The position numbers and the translations under genes were made by a program. A stretch of 48,120 bases of DNA, taken from NCBI GenBank assembly GCA_035466375.1, contig DATIVB010000433.1, positions 1 to 48,120 of the forward strand, read 5' to 3'. Positions 35,977 to 45,058 of this stretch are shown here, piece by piece. Below the pieces are notes generated by a model that searched no databases, was not told the origin of the DNA, and saw nothing but the letters and a program-made list of their open reading frames with translations. Origin of the DNA: Chondromyces sp. GTDB lineage: Bacteria; Acidobacteriota; Thermoanaerobaculia; Thermoanaerobaculales; Sulfomarinibacteraceae. Position 1 is the stretch's first letter. Each line of letters begins with the position of its first letter.

Positions 35977-38900
35977 TCACGACCCGCCGGCCGCCGAACG
36001 CGGCGGGCGGGATGCCAGCCGGTTGAGCTCCCGGCTGGCCGAGCACTCGAGGCCCTCGAGGACTCCGAGGAGCCTACCGTCCTCCTCGAAGAAAATCAGA
36101 TCGGCCCGCACCACCCGGGCGTCAGCTTCGGCACGCGCCCTGAGCTCGCAGTGGACCCAGCCGCCGTTTTTCGTGCACAGAGGCCCGTAGCGGCGGTAGC
36201 GGGTGAATCGGGACGGCAGAGGCGTCACGTCGTGGACGGTCCGCGCCCACAGAATGACGAGCTGCAGCCCGCTGTCGAAGACGATCGGGTCGATGAGCCA
36301 GCTCCCCGACCCGCCGGCGACGCACCCCGAGGGGTCCGAAGGGCGAATGCGGGCGAGCAGGCCCGAGTCGGTCGATCCGTCGATGTGCTCGATGTGGGCG
36401 AAGCGATGCCCGTGGAACAGGAACTTCCGGTAGGCCTCGGCGACCGGCATCGGAAACGGGTCGCGGACCGCTGCAGCTTGGTGGCGGTCCGCCGCGCCTA
36501 CGGAGGGCGTGGCGAGGTCGACCGTGGCGCGATAGTGGAGAAGCTTCGGCTCCTCGGCGTCCCTGACCTCGACGTGGACCGCGAGACCGGAGTCGTCGCC
36601 GTTTTCCAGGGGGCGGGCGTCGAGGCGCACCATCTTGAAGTGTCCGTTCCCCTCCGGAAGCACGATGCCCTTGAGCACCGAGAGCTCCCGTACGCCGACG
36701 ACCGACAGCGCGGGCCAGCCGAGCTCGGCGAGCTCGGCCATCATCTCGAGGGCCGCCGCCATGGGGAGCACCGGGCGTCCGTCGAGTCGGTGGTCGTCCA
36801 GGTAGAGGTCGATGCTCGGGTCGAGGATGCGTTCGACCGAGAACCCCGCGGGTGCGGAGCGGTGGCTGCCGCCGGCCATCAGGGGCCGGTCGGGCGCAGG
36901 CGCCGGCAGCGGCAGCGCCTCCGGCTGGCGCTCGCCGGACGGCTCGTGCTGCCGGCGGTCTCTCGGGGCTGGTGGGCTCTGCCAGGGGCCGCGACCGAGC
37001 ACGATGACCGGGTTCGGGTCGTCCGAGACGAGCTCGCGGACCAGTGCCGACCGCCCGTCCGGTACCGGGATCGGCTCGATGCCCCGGGCGCGGAACTGCT
37101 TCTGAACCCCGGCGTTCGCCATGCCTTTTTCCCACGGGCCCCAGTTGAGTGCAACGACCCGGCACGGAGAACCGGACCACTCGCGCGCGAGCGCCACGGC
37201 GAGCTTGTTCATGACCTCGTTGCCGGCCGTGTAGTCGGCCTGGCCGCGGTTGGGGAAGGCGCCGGCGACCGATGAGAAGAAGGCCACGAAGCGCAGGGTT
37301 CCGAGGAATGCCGTGAGCTCTTTCCCGAGCAGATAGGCGCTGAGCGCCTTGGTCTCGAAGACGCGCTCGAAGGAATCCCAGTCTTTGTCCACCAGGAGCT
37401 TGTCCTCGATGCATCCGGCGCCGTGGACGACCGCGTCGAGACGCCCGTGGCGGGCGTGCACCGCGCCCAGGACGCGTGCGACGTCCTTCGGGTCGCGGAC
37501 GTCGGCGGTGTGATACTCGAAGCTCGAGCCGGCCGCCGCCAGGCTCTCGAAGGTGGCACGGATCTCCCGGTCGGCGATGACGCGCCGGAAGTCGGCCTCC
37601 ACATCCGTGACGCGCGCCGGAAGTCCATGTTTCCGTCGTTCCTCGATCAGGGCGGATTTGAGCTGCCTCTCGTCGGAAATTTCGGCGGTGGCTGCATCTT
37701 CCGGGGCCGGTTCCGGCGACCGGCCGACCAGAATCAGCGTCGACCGGAACTGTTCCGCCAGCTCGACAGCGATTTCGGCGGTGATGCCCCGCGCGCCGCC
37801 GGTCAGGAGCACCACCGATTCCGGGCCGAGGACGGGAGAACGATCACCGTCCGCGGGCGCCGCCACCGGTCGTGGAGTCAAGCGCTGACCTTCTCTCCAG
37901 CCGACCTCGACCTCGCCGTCGTCGGCGAGGAGCTCCGTGAGCAGGTGCCCGGCCAGGTCGTCGACGGATTCACGGATGTCGAGGTCGACGACCTTGACCC
38001 CCAGCATGGGCTGCTCGACGGCCAGAGTCTTGGCGAGGCCGCAGATGCCGCCGTGGCCCGGCGGGAACGCCTCGTCGTCGCCGTGCTCGCCGAGCGCGAA
38101 ATCGCCGCCGAGGATGGTGGCCGCCATGAGGCGCGGCCGGCCGTTCTCGGATGCTCGCTCGCCGAGCGCGGGAAGCGCCAGCCTGGCGAGGTGGAAAAAG
38201 CCCCCGGTCTCGTACCGGAGTCGCTGTCGCCACTGGGTCAACGAGAGCTCCGGGGATGACGGGGTGGGCGTGAGAGCTGCGAGGTGGACGACGCCGACGA
38301 GGTCGTCAGTTGCCGCCAGCGCCTCGATGAGCGCGGCGGCTCCGCTGTCGGGACCGAGGTCGCTGCAGTCCACCAGCTCGGCCCGGGTGCCGCGCAGTCG
38401 GAGGGCGGACACGAGAGCGGTGGCCGCGCCCCGCCCGTCATCGGTGACGATCACGGTCCCGTCGGGGAGAGCGCCCCCGTCCGGCGGATCGATCGGAATC
38501 GCCGTCATGCGGAAGCGGGGCAGGTCGGCGGCGGTGCCGGTGCGGGGTGGTTCATCCGGCAGGGCGACGGGCGCGGTCGGCGCCTTCTCCGCCCTGTCGG
38601 CCGCGGTCGGCGGGGCGCTGCCCAGCGCGGCGGCGACCCGGACCGCGATCTCGACCAGGCTCGGCGCCGAGGTGAGATCCTCCATGATTCCCTGGAGGCG
38701 CTGCTCGAGCCCGTCCGGGAGCGAGCGCTGCAGCTCGCCCAAGATCTCCACCCGCTTGATGGAGTCGATGCCCAGGTCGGCCTCGAGCGAAGCCTCGGGA
38801 TCGACCATCTCCGCAGGGTACCCGGTGCGCTCGACGACGATCGCGAGGAGGCGGGCGCAGAGCTCGTCGGCCGCCGGCACGGCGGGTACGGATGGCTCCG

Positions 38901-41900
38901 GGCCCGTCGCGCGGGGAGGTTCGGCCGGGTCGTCGCCTGCGGCGACGGCGCGGGCGATCCGTCGCGAGATGTCGTCCAGGGTCGGTGCGGTTGTCAGCGC
39001 CTCCATGATGCCTTGAAGGTGCCGCTCCATGCCGCCGGGGAGCGAGCGCTGGAGCTCGCCGAGAATCTCCACGCGTTTGATCGAATCGATGCCGAGGTCC
39101 GCTTCGAGCGATGCCTCCGCATCCACGAGCTCCGCCGGGTAACCCGTGCGATCGACCACGATCGCGACCAGGCGGGCACGGATGTCGGCCTCGCTCGGCG
39201 GCTCGTGTTCCGCCTCGGCAGGAGGCGGCGCTGCGGCTCGGCCGGCGGCGATCGGCGGAGTGGGGACCTCGTCGAGCACGGGTCGCGCGGCGATCGGCTC
39301 CTCGAGCAGCGGCCCTGCGTCGGCGGTGAAATCCGCCGTGATCGTGGCCTGAGGCAGAGCCTCGCCGAGGCTGTTCGATGCCGGAACCGCCGATCCGAGA
39401 TAGGCGAGCATGATCCGTTCCTGGCTCTCGATGAGGTGCTTCATCGAGCCCTGGAACTCGCAGATCACGCGCTCCACGTCGGGAGAGGAGAGCGCCTGAA
39501 GAGGTGAGGGAAGGGGTTCCGTGACGGCGCCTGGGAGTGGCGTGGCCGGTGTGGCGCCGTCGAGCCGCGGTGCCGCACCGTCCGCCGCTGCCGAGGCCGG
39601 CGACGGTGTCGGCAGTGCGAAGGGAGCCCGGCGAACGGACTTCTCGTTGAGAGGCCGGACGCCTCCGCCGCTGACCATCCAGGTCGAGGGAGGCAGCGGC
39701 GTGTGCGCCGTCTCTTCGAGCAGGCGGTCGAGGACGAGCTGTCTGGCGTCGCGGCCGGAAAACAGGGGATCGAGGTTCACCGGCACGCCGTGCGCCGCGA
39801 GGGCGCCGAGGACGTGCAGGAGCTGCACGAGGCCTGAACGGCCGGGTCGATCAAGGGGGAGTGCGAGGTGCGGCCGGCCGTCGAGGATCTGTCCCACGAG
39901 GCCGGTCAGCACTGTCTTCGGTCCGACCTCGAGGAACAGCCTCGCGCCGGCCTGGTACATGGCCGTCACCTCGTCGGCGAAACGGACCGGAGTCACCAAA
40001 TGGTCGGACAACAGCTCCCTGACGGCTGGAACTTCGTCCGGGTACGGACCGGCAGTGGAGTTCGAGTAGACCGGCAGCTGCGGAGCTGCGATCGGCACGG
40101 ACTCGAGGATCTCCGCCAGGCGATCGCGGGCGGCCGAAACCAGGGGCGAGTGGAAGCCGCAGCTGACCGGAATCGTCCTCGCCTCGATGCCGCGCCCGCG
40201 CAACCGGTCGAGGGCCTCTCCGATCGCAGCATCGGTGCCGGAGATCACGGTCTGCAGCGGTGCGTTGTAGTTGGCGACCCACAGCTCGTCGATCCCCGCA
40301 AGGGCCGCGGCGGTGGCGTCGCCGTCGGCGCTCACGGCGGCCATGGTTCCGAGATCGCGGCTGGCCGCCTCGACGATCCAGCGCCCGCGCGCTTCCGACA
40401 CGAGGGCCAGTTCCTCTGAGCTGAGCACACCCGCCGCGGCGAGCGCCGCGTACTCGCCGTAGCTGTGGCCGGCCACCATGTCGGGAGCAACCCCGAGGTC
40501 GGCCAGCAGCCGGAAGCCGGCACGCTCCACCGCGCCGAGCGCTGGCTGCGCCACGCGGGTGTGACGCAGCGCGTCGGCGCGCTGCTGCCGCTCCTCGGCG
40601 GTGAATGCCGGCGGCGGGTAGAGGTAGGCCCCCAGGGGCACGTCGAGCACCGGAGCGAGTGCCCGTTCGGCGCACTCGATCTCCTCACGGACCACCCTGA
40701 AGTGGACGCACAGGTCGCGGAACATGTCGGGGTACTGGGACCCCTGCCCCGGGAAGAGCAGTGCCACCCGGCCGGCGCCCGCCAGCGGTTCGGGGGTGTA
40801 CCACGCCCCCTCCGGATCGGTGAGCTCCCGGTCGGCGGCGATCGCGTCCCGGAGAGCCGAGAGACGCGCTGCCAGAGTGGCCGAATCCGTGGCGACGAGG
40901 GCGGCGGTGAGACCGGGAGGGGCGCTGCGGGCGGCGTTCCAGCACGAGACCGCAAGGTCCCGAAGCCGTGGTGCGGCGCCCCGCTCGAGGTCGGCGGCGA
41001 TGGCTTCGATGCCGGCGATGACCTCGCGTTTGTCGCCGCGGAACAGCAGCAGCTCCCCAGGCCACGCACCGGCGGTGGCCGGCTGCGGCAGGCTCGGCAG
41101 GTCGCCGGTGTACTCCTCGAGGGTGACGTGGAAGTTGGTGCCGCCGAAGCCGAAGGCGCTGACGCCGGCGCGCCGCGGCTGATCGCGGCTCCCCCGCAAC
41201 CAGGGGCGCAGCTCGCTGTTGACGTACAGTGGGCCGTCTCCGAAGCGGGCCTTGGGGTTGGGCCGCGTGACGTTGAGGGTGGGCGGCAGCACCTTGCGCT
41301 GCAAGGCGAGCGCGGTCTTGATGACCCCGGTGACTCCGGCGGCGCACTTGGTGTGGCCGATCATCGACTTCACCGAGCCGACGGCCGCGGACGAGGGCCC
41401 TGCGCCGGCCGCTTCCAGCACGCCGGTCAGCGTTTCGGCTTCGGCCACGTCGCCGGCCGCCGTGCCCGTGCCGTGAGCCTCGAACAGCTCGACGGAGGCG
41501 GGCGAGTACCCCGCCTGCCGGTAGGCGCGCTCGACGGCGCGCATCTGGCCCTGCGGCCGGGGGGCTGTCATGCTCCTGCCGCGTCCGTCGCTCGAGCCGC
41601 CGACCCCCTGCAGCACCGCGTAGATGCGGTCGCCGTCGCGTTCGGCGTCGGCGAGCCGTTTGAGCACCACCACCGCCAGCCCCTCGCTGATCACGATGCC
41701 GTCGGCTTCCGCGTCGAAGACGCGGCTCCTGCCGCTCGGAGAGAGGGCCTGGGTCTTGCTGAAGCACAGGTAGCCGAACGGATTCTGGACCGTGTCGACG
41801 CCGCCGGCCAGGACCAGGTCGCTGCGCCCGTCGGCGAGCTCCTGGGCGGCGAAGTAGATGGCGCCGAGCGACGAGGCGCAGGCGGCGTCAACGGTCAGGT

Positions 41901-44547
41901 TGATTCCTCCGAGGTCGAAGCGGTTCGCAGCCCGCCCGGCGGCGACGTTGAGCAGGAGACCCGCGAACGAGTCTTCGGTCCACTCGGGAAGGCGGTCACA
42001 TGCCTCCGCCGGCAGGTTGTCGAAGAGTGCGGGCAGCGCGGCGCGGACGGCGTACCCGTTGCCGAGGTCGGCCACCCCGCCGCCGGCGCCGAGAATGATC
42101 GACGCCCTCTGCCGCGGGAAGTCCCGGTCCATCAGGCCGGCGTCTGCGAGTGCCGCGCGAACCACCTCCAGCGTCAGCAGCTGGAGCGGCTCGATCGATC
42201 TGAGCGTGGTGGGCGGGATGCCGTAGGACAGGGGGTCGAAGGGGATCTCGGGAAGGAACCCCCCCCAGCGCGAGTACACCTTGTCCCGGGCCGCGCGGTC
42301 GCCGTCGAAGTAGCGGCGCCAGTCCCACCGCTCCGGAGGCACCTCGGTCGTCGTGTCGACACCGTTGAGGATGTTGTCCCAGAACGTCTGGAGATCGGTC
42401 GCCCCCGGCAACAGGCAGGACATGCCGACGATGGCTACCGCGAGGGGCGGGTCGGGAGGTTCGGCGTCCGCGGGTTGCACGGTGGAGGCCTCGCTCAGCC
42501 AATCGGTCGCGCCGGCCGAGACGCCGTGGTGCAGCTCGGCCATGGTGACCACCCGATCGACCAGTGCGGCCGCCTGGCCGATCATGTACATGCCCTCGCT
42601 CGCCTGCCGCTCCGGGCCGATGTCGACGAGCTTCGGTGCGGCTTCGCCGTCGCGTGCTTCGGGATTGCGATCGAGCCCCTTGGAGGCGACCCGCAGCTTG
42701 CCCAGGTTGAGCGCCTCGAGGGTGAGGCGCACCTCGTCCTTTGACCGGCCCTCGCCGAGCAGGCGGGCCTTTTCCGCCAGGAAGCGATCGGCGAAAGGCG
42801 TCATGGCACAGCGGGTCGCGTGGCCCGGGCCGGTTTCGAGCAGGGTGGTCCGCGTGCAGCCGACCGCGACAGCCTGGAAGCCGGGGAGGATGGCGCCGGA
42901 GCTGACGGCTTCCTCGGTGGCCAGGTAGGCAGTCCCCATCAGGACGCCGATCTTGGCGCCGCCGGCCGCGAGGGGAGCGGCGAGCGCCGCCACCATGGCC
43001 GCGGAGCGGGCGTCGTGGATGCCGCCGGCAAAGAGCACGTGGCACTCGTCGAGGACCCCGGGGCTCGCGGTCTCCGCGAGGAGGCTCACCATCTGGTTCC
43101 ACAGCACGAAGCTCGAACGCGGGCCGACGTGGCCGCCGCACTCGCGCCCTTCGAAGACGAATCGCCGCGCTCCCTGGTCGAGGTACTGCCCGAGGAGCCT
43201 CGGCGACGGCACGTGCAGGTAGCAGGCGATACCGTCGGACTCGAGGGCGCGGGCCTGGTCGGGGCGGCCGCCGGCTATGAGGGCGAACTTCGGGTGGATG
43301 CGCCGCACGACCGCGAGCTGTTCCTCGCGGAGCTCGAGAGGCACGAAGCCGAGGATCCCGACACCCCACGGCTGATCCCCGAGGAGCTTCGCCGTGTCAC
43401 TGAGAATCACCTCCGCCTCGTCGGCTCTCAGAAGGGCGAGCGCGATGAATGGAAGACCGCCGGCCTTCGCCACCTCGGCGGCGAAGGGCGCGACGTCCGA
43501 CACCCGGGTCATCGGTCCCTGGACGACCGGGTACCGCGTGCCGTGTGTGCGCGCGAGGGCGGCGTCAGGCGCCAGAGGCGCCGTCGAGCGCGCGATGCGG
43601 AGGTGATCCTGGACGGAAGCCAGGAGACCGGTCACCACGCTGCCGGTCGTGCGGAAGCGCGCGGCGAGCGAGGCGGCGAAGGAAGCGTCCTGCCCGAGCG
43701 GCCAGGCCTGATCGGACCGCCAGCCGATGGCGCCATCGTTCCGCGTTGACTCGTCGCCAAGAAACGTGACCCATCCGACGTGGTCTTTGGCGGCCAACAG
43801 CTCGAGATAGCGTTGTTTCAGGAGCTCGGCCCCGGCGTTTGCCGGGCGGGGGAAGAAGCGGAAGCTCCGACCCAGCTCCGCGCCGACAGCCACCGTTTCA
43901 CCACCGTCCATCGCAGCGACCGCGGCGCGAACGTCGGCAGGGAGGGTGGACTCGCGGATCAGCGCGAGCTCGTCGGCGAGCACGACGCCGGCAGCACCCG
44001 CGGCGGCGCACGCGGCCGCGGTGTGGAGGCCGATACCGCCGCGAGCCCAAACCGGCAGGTCGAACCTGTGCAGCAGCTCCTGCAGCAGCACGAAGGTGGT
44101 CTCCTCGTCGGTCCTGCCGCCGGCCTCGCTCCCCTTGGCGATCAGGGCGGCCACCTCGGCCGACAGCATGGACTCGGCGTCCTCGACGGAGCTGACCTCG
44201 ATGCACAGGACGAGCCCGCGCTCCCGGGCCGCCGAAACGACATCTCGTGGCACCGTAACAGGGGCGTCGCCCGGTCCGGGAGCGATCACCAGCCAACCGG
44301 ACGTCGCGGGCAGGAGCGAGATCAACTCGGCTGCGACGGCCTGGTCACACGTGGACTCGATCCGCAGCCCGATCTCTCCAGATCCCAGCCGCACGAGCTG
44401 GTTGACGGCGGCTCGGGCAGTTTCGACGTCGACGAGGCAGCCCAGGTCGAGTATCCCGACAGCCCCGGCGCGGCTCCCGGCAACGGCGATTGCCGCGTCG
44501 TCGAGCCCTCGTGGCGTGAGAACCATGATTCGAAACTCAGGTTTCAT
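35977..44547 (-). CDS. Iterative type I PKS / PfaA-HglE-like megasynthase: NMO-like - ER - KS - AT - ACP - ACP - KR - DH
   Basis: 2856-aa ORF. ATG 44547 preceded by AGGAGG at a 7-nt spacing. Domain motifs are listed in the sub-features below. Confidence 0.95.
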   Translation of the reverse strand: MKPEFRIMVLTPRGLDDAAIAVAGSRAGAVGILDLGCLVDVETARAAVNQLVRLGSGEIGLRIESTCDQAVAAELISLLPATSGWLVIAPGPGDAPVTVPRDVVSAARERGLVLCIEVSSVEDAESMLSAEVAALIAKGSEAGGRTDEETTFVLLQELLHRFDLPVWARGGIGLHTAAACAAAGAAGVVLADELALIRESTLPADVRAAVAAMDGGETVAVGAELGRSFRFFPRPANAGAELLKQRYLELLAAKDHVGWVTFLGDESTRNDGAIGWRSDQAWPLGQDASFAASLAARFRTTGSVVTGLLASVQDHLRIARSTAPLAPDAALARTHGTRYPVVQGPMTRVSDVAPFAAEVAKAGGLPFIALALLRADEAEVILSDTAKLLGDQPWGVGILGFVPLELREEQLAVVRRIHPKFALIAGGRPDQARALESDGIACYLHVPSPRLLGQYLDQGARRFVFEGRECGGHVGPRSSFVLWNQMVSLLAETASPGVLDECHVLFAGGIHDARSAAMVAALAAPLAAGGAKIGVLMGTAYLATEEAVSSGAILPGFQAVAVGCTRTTLLETGPGHATRCAMTPFADRFLAEKARLLGEGRSKDEVRLTLEALNLGKLRVASKGLDRNPEARDGEAAPKLVDIGPERQASEGMYMIGQAAALVDRVVTMAELHHGVSAGATDWLSEASTVQPADAEPPDPPLAVAIVGMSCLLPGATDLQTFWDNILNGVDTTTEVPPERWDWRRYFDGDRAARDKVYSRWGGFLPEIPFDPLSYGIPPTTLRSIEPLQLLTLEVVRAALADAGLMDRDFPRQRASIILGAGGGVADLGNGYAVRAALPALFDNLPAEACDRLPEWTEDSFAGLLLNVAAGRAANRFDLGGINLTVDAACASSLGAIYFAAQELADGRSDLVLAGGVDTVQNPFGYLCFSKTQALSPSGRSRVFDAEADGIVISEGLAVVVLKRLADAERDGDRIYAVLQGVGGSSDGRGRSMTAPRPQGQMRAVERAYRQAGYSPASVELFEAHGTGTAAGDVAEAETLTGVLEAAGAGPSSAAVGSVKSMIGHTKCAAGVTGVIKTALALQRKVLPPTLNVTRPNPKARFGDGPLYVNSELRPWLRGSRDQPRRAGVSAFGFGGTNFHVTLEEYTGDLPSLPQPATAGAWPGELLLFRGDKREVIAGIEAIAADLERGAAPRLRDLAVSCWNAARSAPPGLTAALVATDSATLAARLSALRDAIAADRELTDPEGAWYTPEPLAGAGRVALLFPGQGSQYPDMFRDLCVHFRVVREEIECAERALAPVLDVPLGAYLYPPPAFTAEERQQRADALRHTRVAQPALGAVERAGFRLLADLGVAPDMVAGHSYGEYAALAAAGVLSSEELALVSEARGRWIVEAASRDLGTMAAVSADGDATAAALAGIDELWVANYNAPLQTVISGTDAAIGEALDRLRGRGIEARTIPVSCGFHSPLVSAARDRLAEILESVPIAAPQLPVYSNSTAGPYPDEVPAVRELLSDHLVTPVRFADEVTAMYQAGARLFLEVGPKTVLTGLVGQILDGRPHLALPLDRPGRSGLVQLLHVLGALAAHGVPVNLDPLFSGRDARQLVLDRLLEETAHTPLPPSTWMVSGGGVRPLNEKSVRRAPFALPTPSPASAAADGAAPRLDGATPATPLPGAVTEPLPSPLQALSSPDVERVICEFQGSMKHLIESQERIMLAYLGSAVPASNSLGEALPQATITADFTADAGPLLEEPIAARPVLDEVPTPPIAAGRAAAPPPAEAEHEPPSEADIRARLVAIVVDRTGYPAELVDAEASLEADLGIDSIKRVEILGELQRSLPGGMERHLQGIMEALTTAPTLDDISRRIARAVAAGDDPAEPPRATGPEPSVPAVPAADELCARLLAIVVERTGYPAEMVDPEASLEADLGIDSIKRVEILGELQRSLPDGLEQRLQGIMEDLTSAPSLVEIAVRVAAALGSAPPTAADRAEKAPTAPVALPDEPPRTGTAADLPRFRMTAIPIDPPDGGALPDGTVIVTDDGRGAATALVSALRLRGTRAELVDCSDLGPDSGAAALIEALAATDDLVGVVHLAALTPTPSSPELSLTQWRQRLRYETGGFFHLARLALPALGERASENGRPRLMAATILGGDFALGEHGDDEAFPPGHGGICGLAKTLAVEQPMLGVKVVDLDIRESVDDLAGHLLTELLADDGEVEVGWREGQRLTPRPVAAPADGDRSPVLGPESVVLLTGGARGITAEIAVELAEQFRSTLILVGRSPEPAPEDAATAEISDERQLKSALIEERRKHGLPARVTDVEADFRRVIADREIRATFESLAAAGSSFEYHTADVRDPKDVARVLGAVHARHGRLDAVVHGAGCIEDKLLVDKDWDSFERVFETKALSAYLLGKELTAFLGTLRFVAFFSSVAGAFPNRGQADYTAGNEVMNKLAVALAREWSGSPCRVVALNWGPWEKGMANAGVQKQFRARGIEPIPVPDGRSALVRELVSDDPNPVIVLGRGPWQSPPAPRDRRQHEPSGERQPEALPLPAPAPDRPLMAGGSHRSAPAGFSVERILDPSIDLYLDDHRLDGRPVLPMAAALEMMAELAELGWPALSVVGVRELSVLKGIVLPEGNGHFKMVRLDARPLENGDDSGLAVHVEVRDAEEPKLLHYRATVDLATPSVGAADRHQAAAVRDPFPMPVAEAYRKFLFHGHRFAHIEHIDGSTDSGLLARIRPSDPSGCVAGGSGSWLIDPIVFDSGLQLVILWARTVHDVTPLPSRFTRYRRYGPLCTKNGGWVHCELRARAEADARVVRADLIFFEEDGRLLGVLEGLECSASRELNRLASRPPRSAAGGS
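36013..36855 (-). other. PKS-type DH domain
   Basis: LDDHRLDGRPVLPMAAALE (HxxxGxxxxP) and LIDPIVFDSGLQLV. Confidence 0.75.
36988..37830 (-). other. KR catalytic subdomain
   Basis: VVLLTGGARGITAEIA ... FFSSVAGAFPNRGQADYTAGNEVMNKLA. Confidence 0.8.
38632..39186 (-). repeat. Tandem ACP-ACP duplication (two ~107-codon units)
   Basis: LEADLGIDSIKRVEILGELQRSLP occurs twice (Ser codons 39082-39084 and 38761-38763). The two units are recognisably similar at the nucleotide level too. Confidence 0.9.
39868..40785 (-). other. AT domain (GHSYGE; Ser codon 40462-40464)
   Basis: LLFPGQGSQYPDM ... VAGHSYGEYAAL ... VSCGFHSP. Confidence 0.85.
41110..42444 (-). other. KS domain
   Basis: VAIVGMSCLLPGA; TVDAACASS (Cys codon 41878-41880); EAHGTGT; GSVKSMIGHTKCAAG. 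Confidence 0.9.
42508..43545 (-). other. PfaD/FabK-like enoyl reductase (NMO family) domain
   Basis: YPVVQGPMTRVSD ... FEGRECGGHVGP ... LFAGGIHDARSAAM ... VLMGTAYLATEEA. Confidence 0.75.
43843..44547 (-). other. N-terminal NMO/FabK-like TIM-barrel 1 (EAGGR variant)
   Basis: AKGSEAGGRTDEETTF...PVWARGGIGLHTAAACAAAGAAGVVLADELALIRES. An Arg codon at 44113-44115 sits where NMO/FabK enzymes have the GGH His. Confidence 0.6.
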
Positions 44548-44804
44548 CGGGCTGCCTCCTGCTCTTGGGCCTCGCCTGGCACGTCATTGAACACTCTCAT
44601 TGGCCAGCGAATGAACTCGAGCGTGCCTCGCTGCCCATCGCCGAAGCTGTGGCGAGAAAATGCGGCCGGGAGGATCGAGCCTTCCGGGGCGGGTGTTCCA
44701 TCGTCAACAGATGTCTGGGTCAAGGTCTCAGTCTCATTCACCGAATTCAGCTGAATACCGAAAATCTCGCCGCTGGCGAGAGCAGATGAAAGATCTCGGA
44801 TCAT
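44544..44804 (-). CDS. Candidate 86-aa upstream ORF coupled to the megasynthase start (very uncertain; may be non-coding leader)
   Basis: An ORF in the 5' leader ends in ATGA overlapping the PKS ATG. Its GC3 is visibly lower than in neighbouring genes. There is no SD before ATG 44804, and the GTG 44843 alternative lies inside the predicted promoter. Confidence 0.2.
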   Translation of the reverse strand: MIRDLSSALASGEIFGIQLNSVNETETLTQTSVDDGTPAPEGSILPAAFSRHSFGDGQRGTLEFIRWPMRVFNDVPGEAQEQEAAR

Positions 44805-44811
44805 AAAATTC

Positions 44812-44841
44812 GAAGACCGTCCAAATATAGGCGAGGTCTTC
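44812..44841. promoter_or_regulatory. Inverted repeat GAAGACC-N16-GGTCTTC bracketing the -10 box (possible operator)
   Basis: Perfect 7-bp arms at 44812-44818 and 44835-44841. The predicted -10 hexamer lies between them. Confidence 0.3.
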
Positions 44842-44853
44842 ACCGCAAGTCAA
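44824..44853 (-). promoter_or_regulatory. Candidate sigma70-type promoter of the PKS operon (TTGACT-18 nt-TATATT)
   Basis: -35 at 44848-44853 and -10 at 44824-44829 on the minus strand, in the only AT-rich island between the divergent genes. Confidence 0.4.
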
Positions 44854-45058
44854 CTGCGGCGGTTGATCCCCCCTCTGATGCCGTTCGTCTCTGATTCGAC
44901 GCGCACCCGAATCGGCGGTGCGGCGAACTCGGCGGCTCCAGCGCGCCGGGGAATGACGCGTCGACGAGATCGGTTGTCGGAGGCGGCGATTTCCATGCGA
45001 TCTTCGACTCGGAGCGTGGGCGGGCGCGAAACCGCCCTCTCGTCGGGAAGGAAGCACA

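Noticed and set aside
31362-44547. Calling the locus a PUFA (pfaABCDE) synthase
   Set aside because: There is no chain-length-factor domain, no FabA-type dehydratase/isomerase domain and no separate PfaD. The gene order and accessory genes also differ. I kept it as pfa/hgl-like only.
36151-44754. Several long plus-strand ORFs (36151-37275, 37423-38259, 38284-39507, 40465-42744, 42820-43749, 43780-44754)
   Set aside because: All lie antisense to the megasynthase gene, whose domain motifs are unambiguous on the minus strand. They are GC-driven shadow ORFs.
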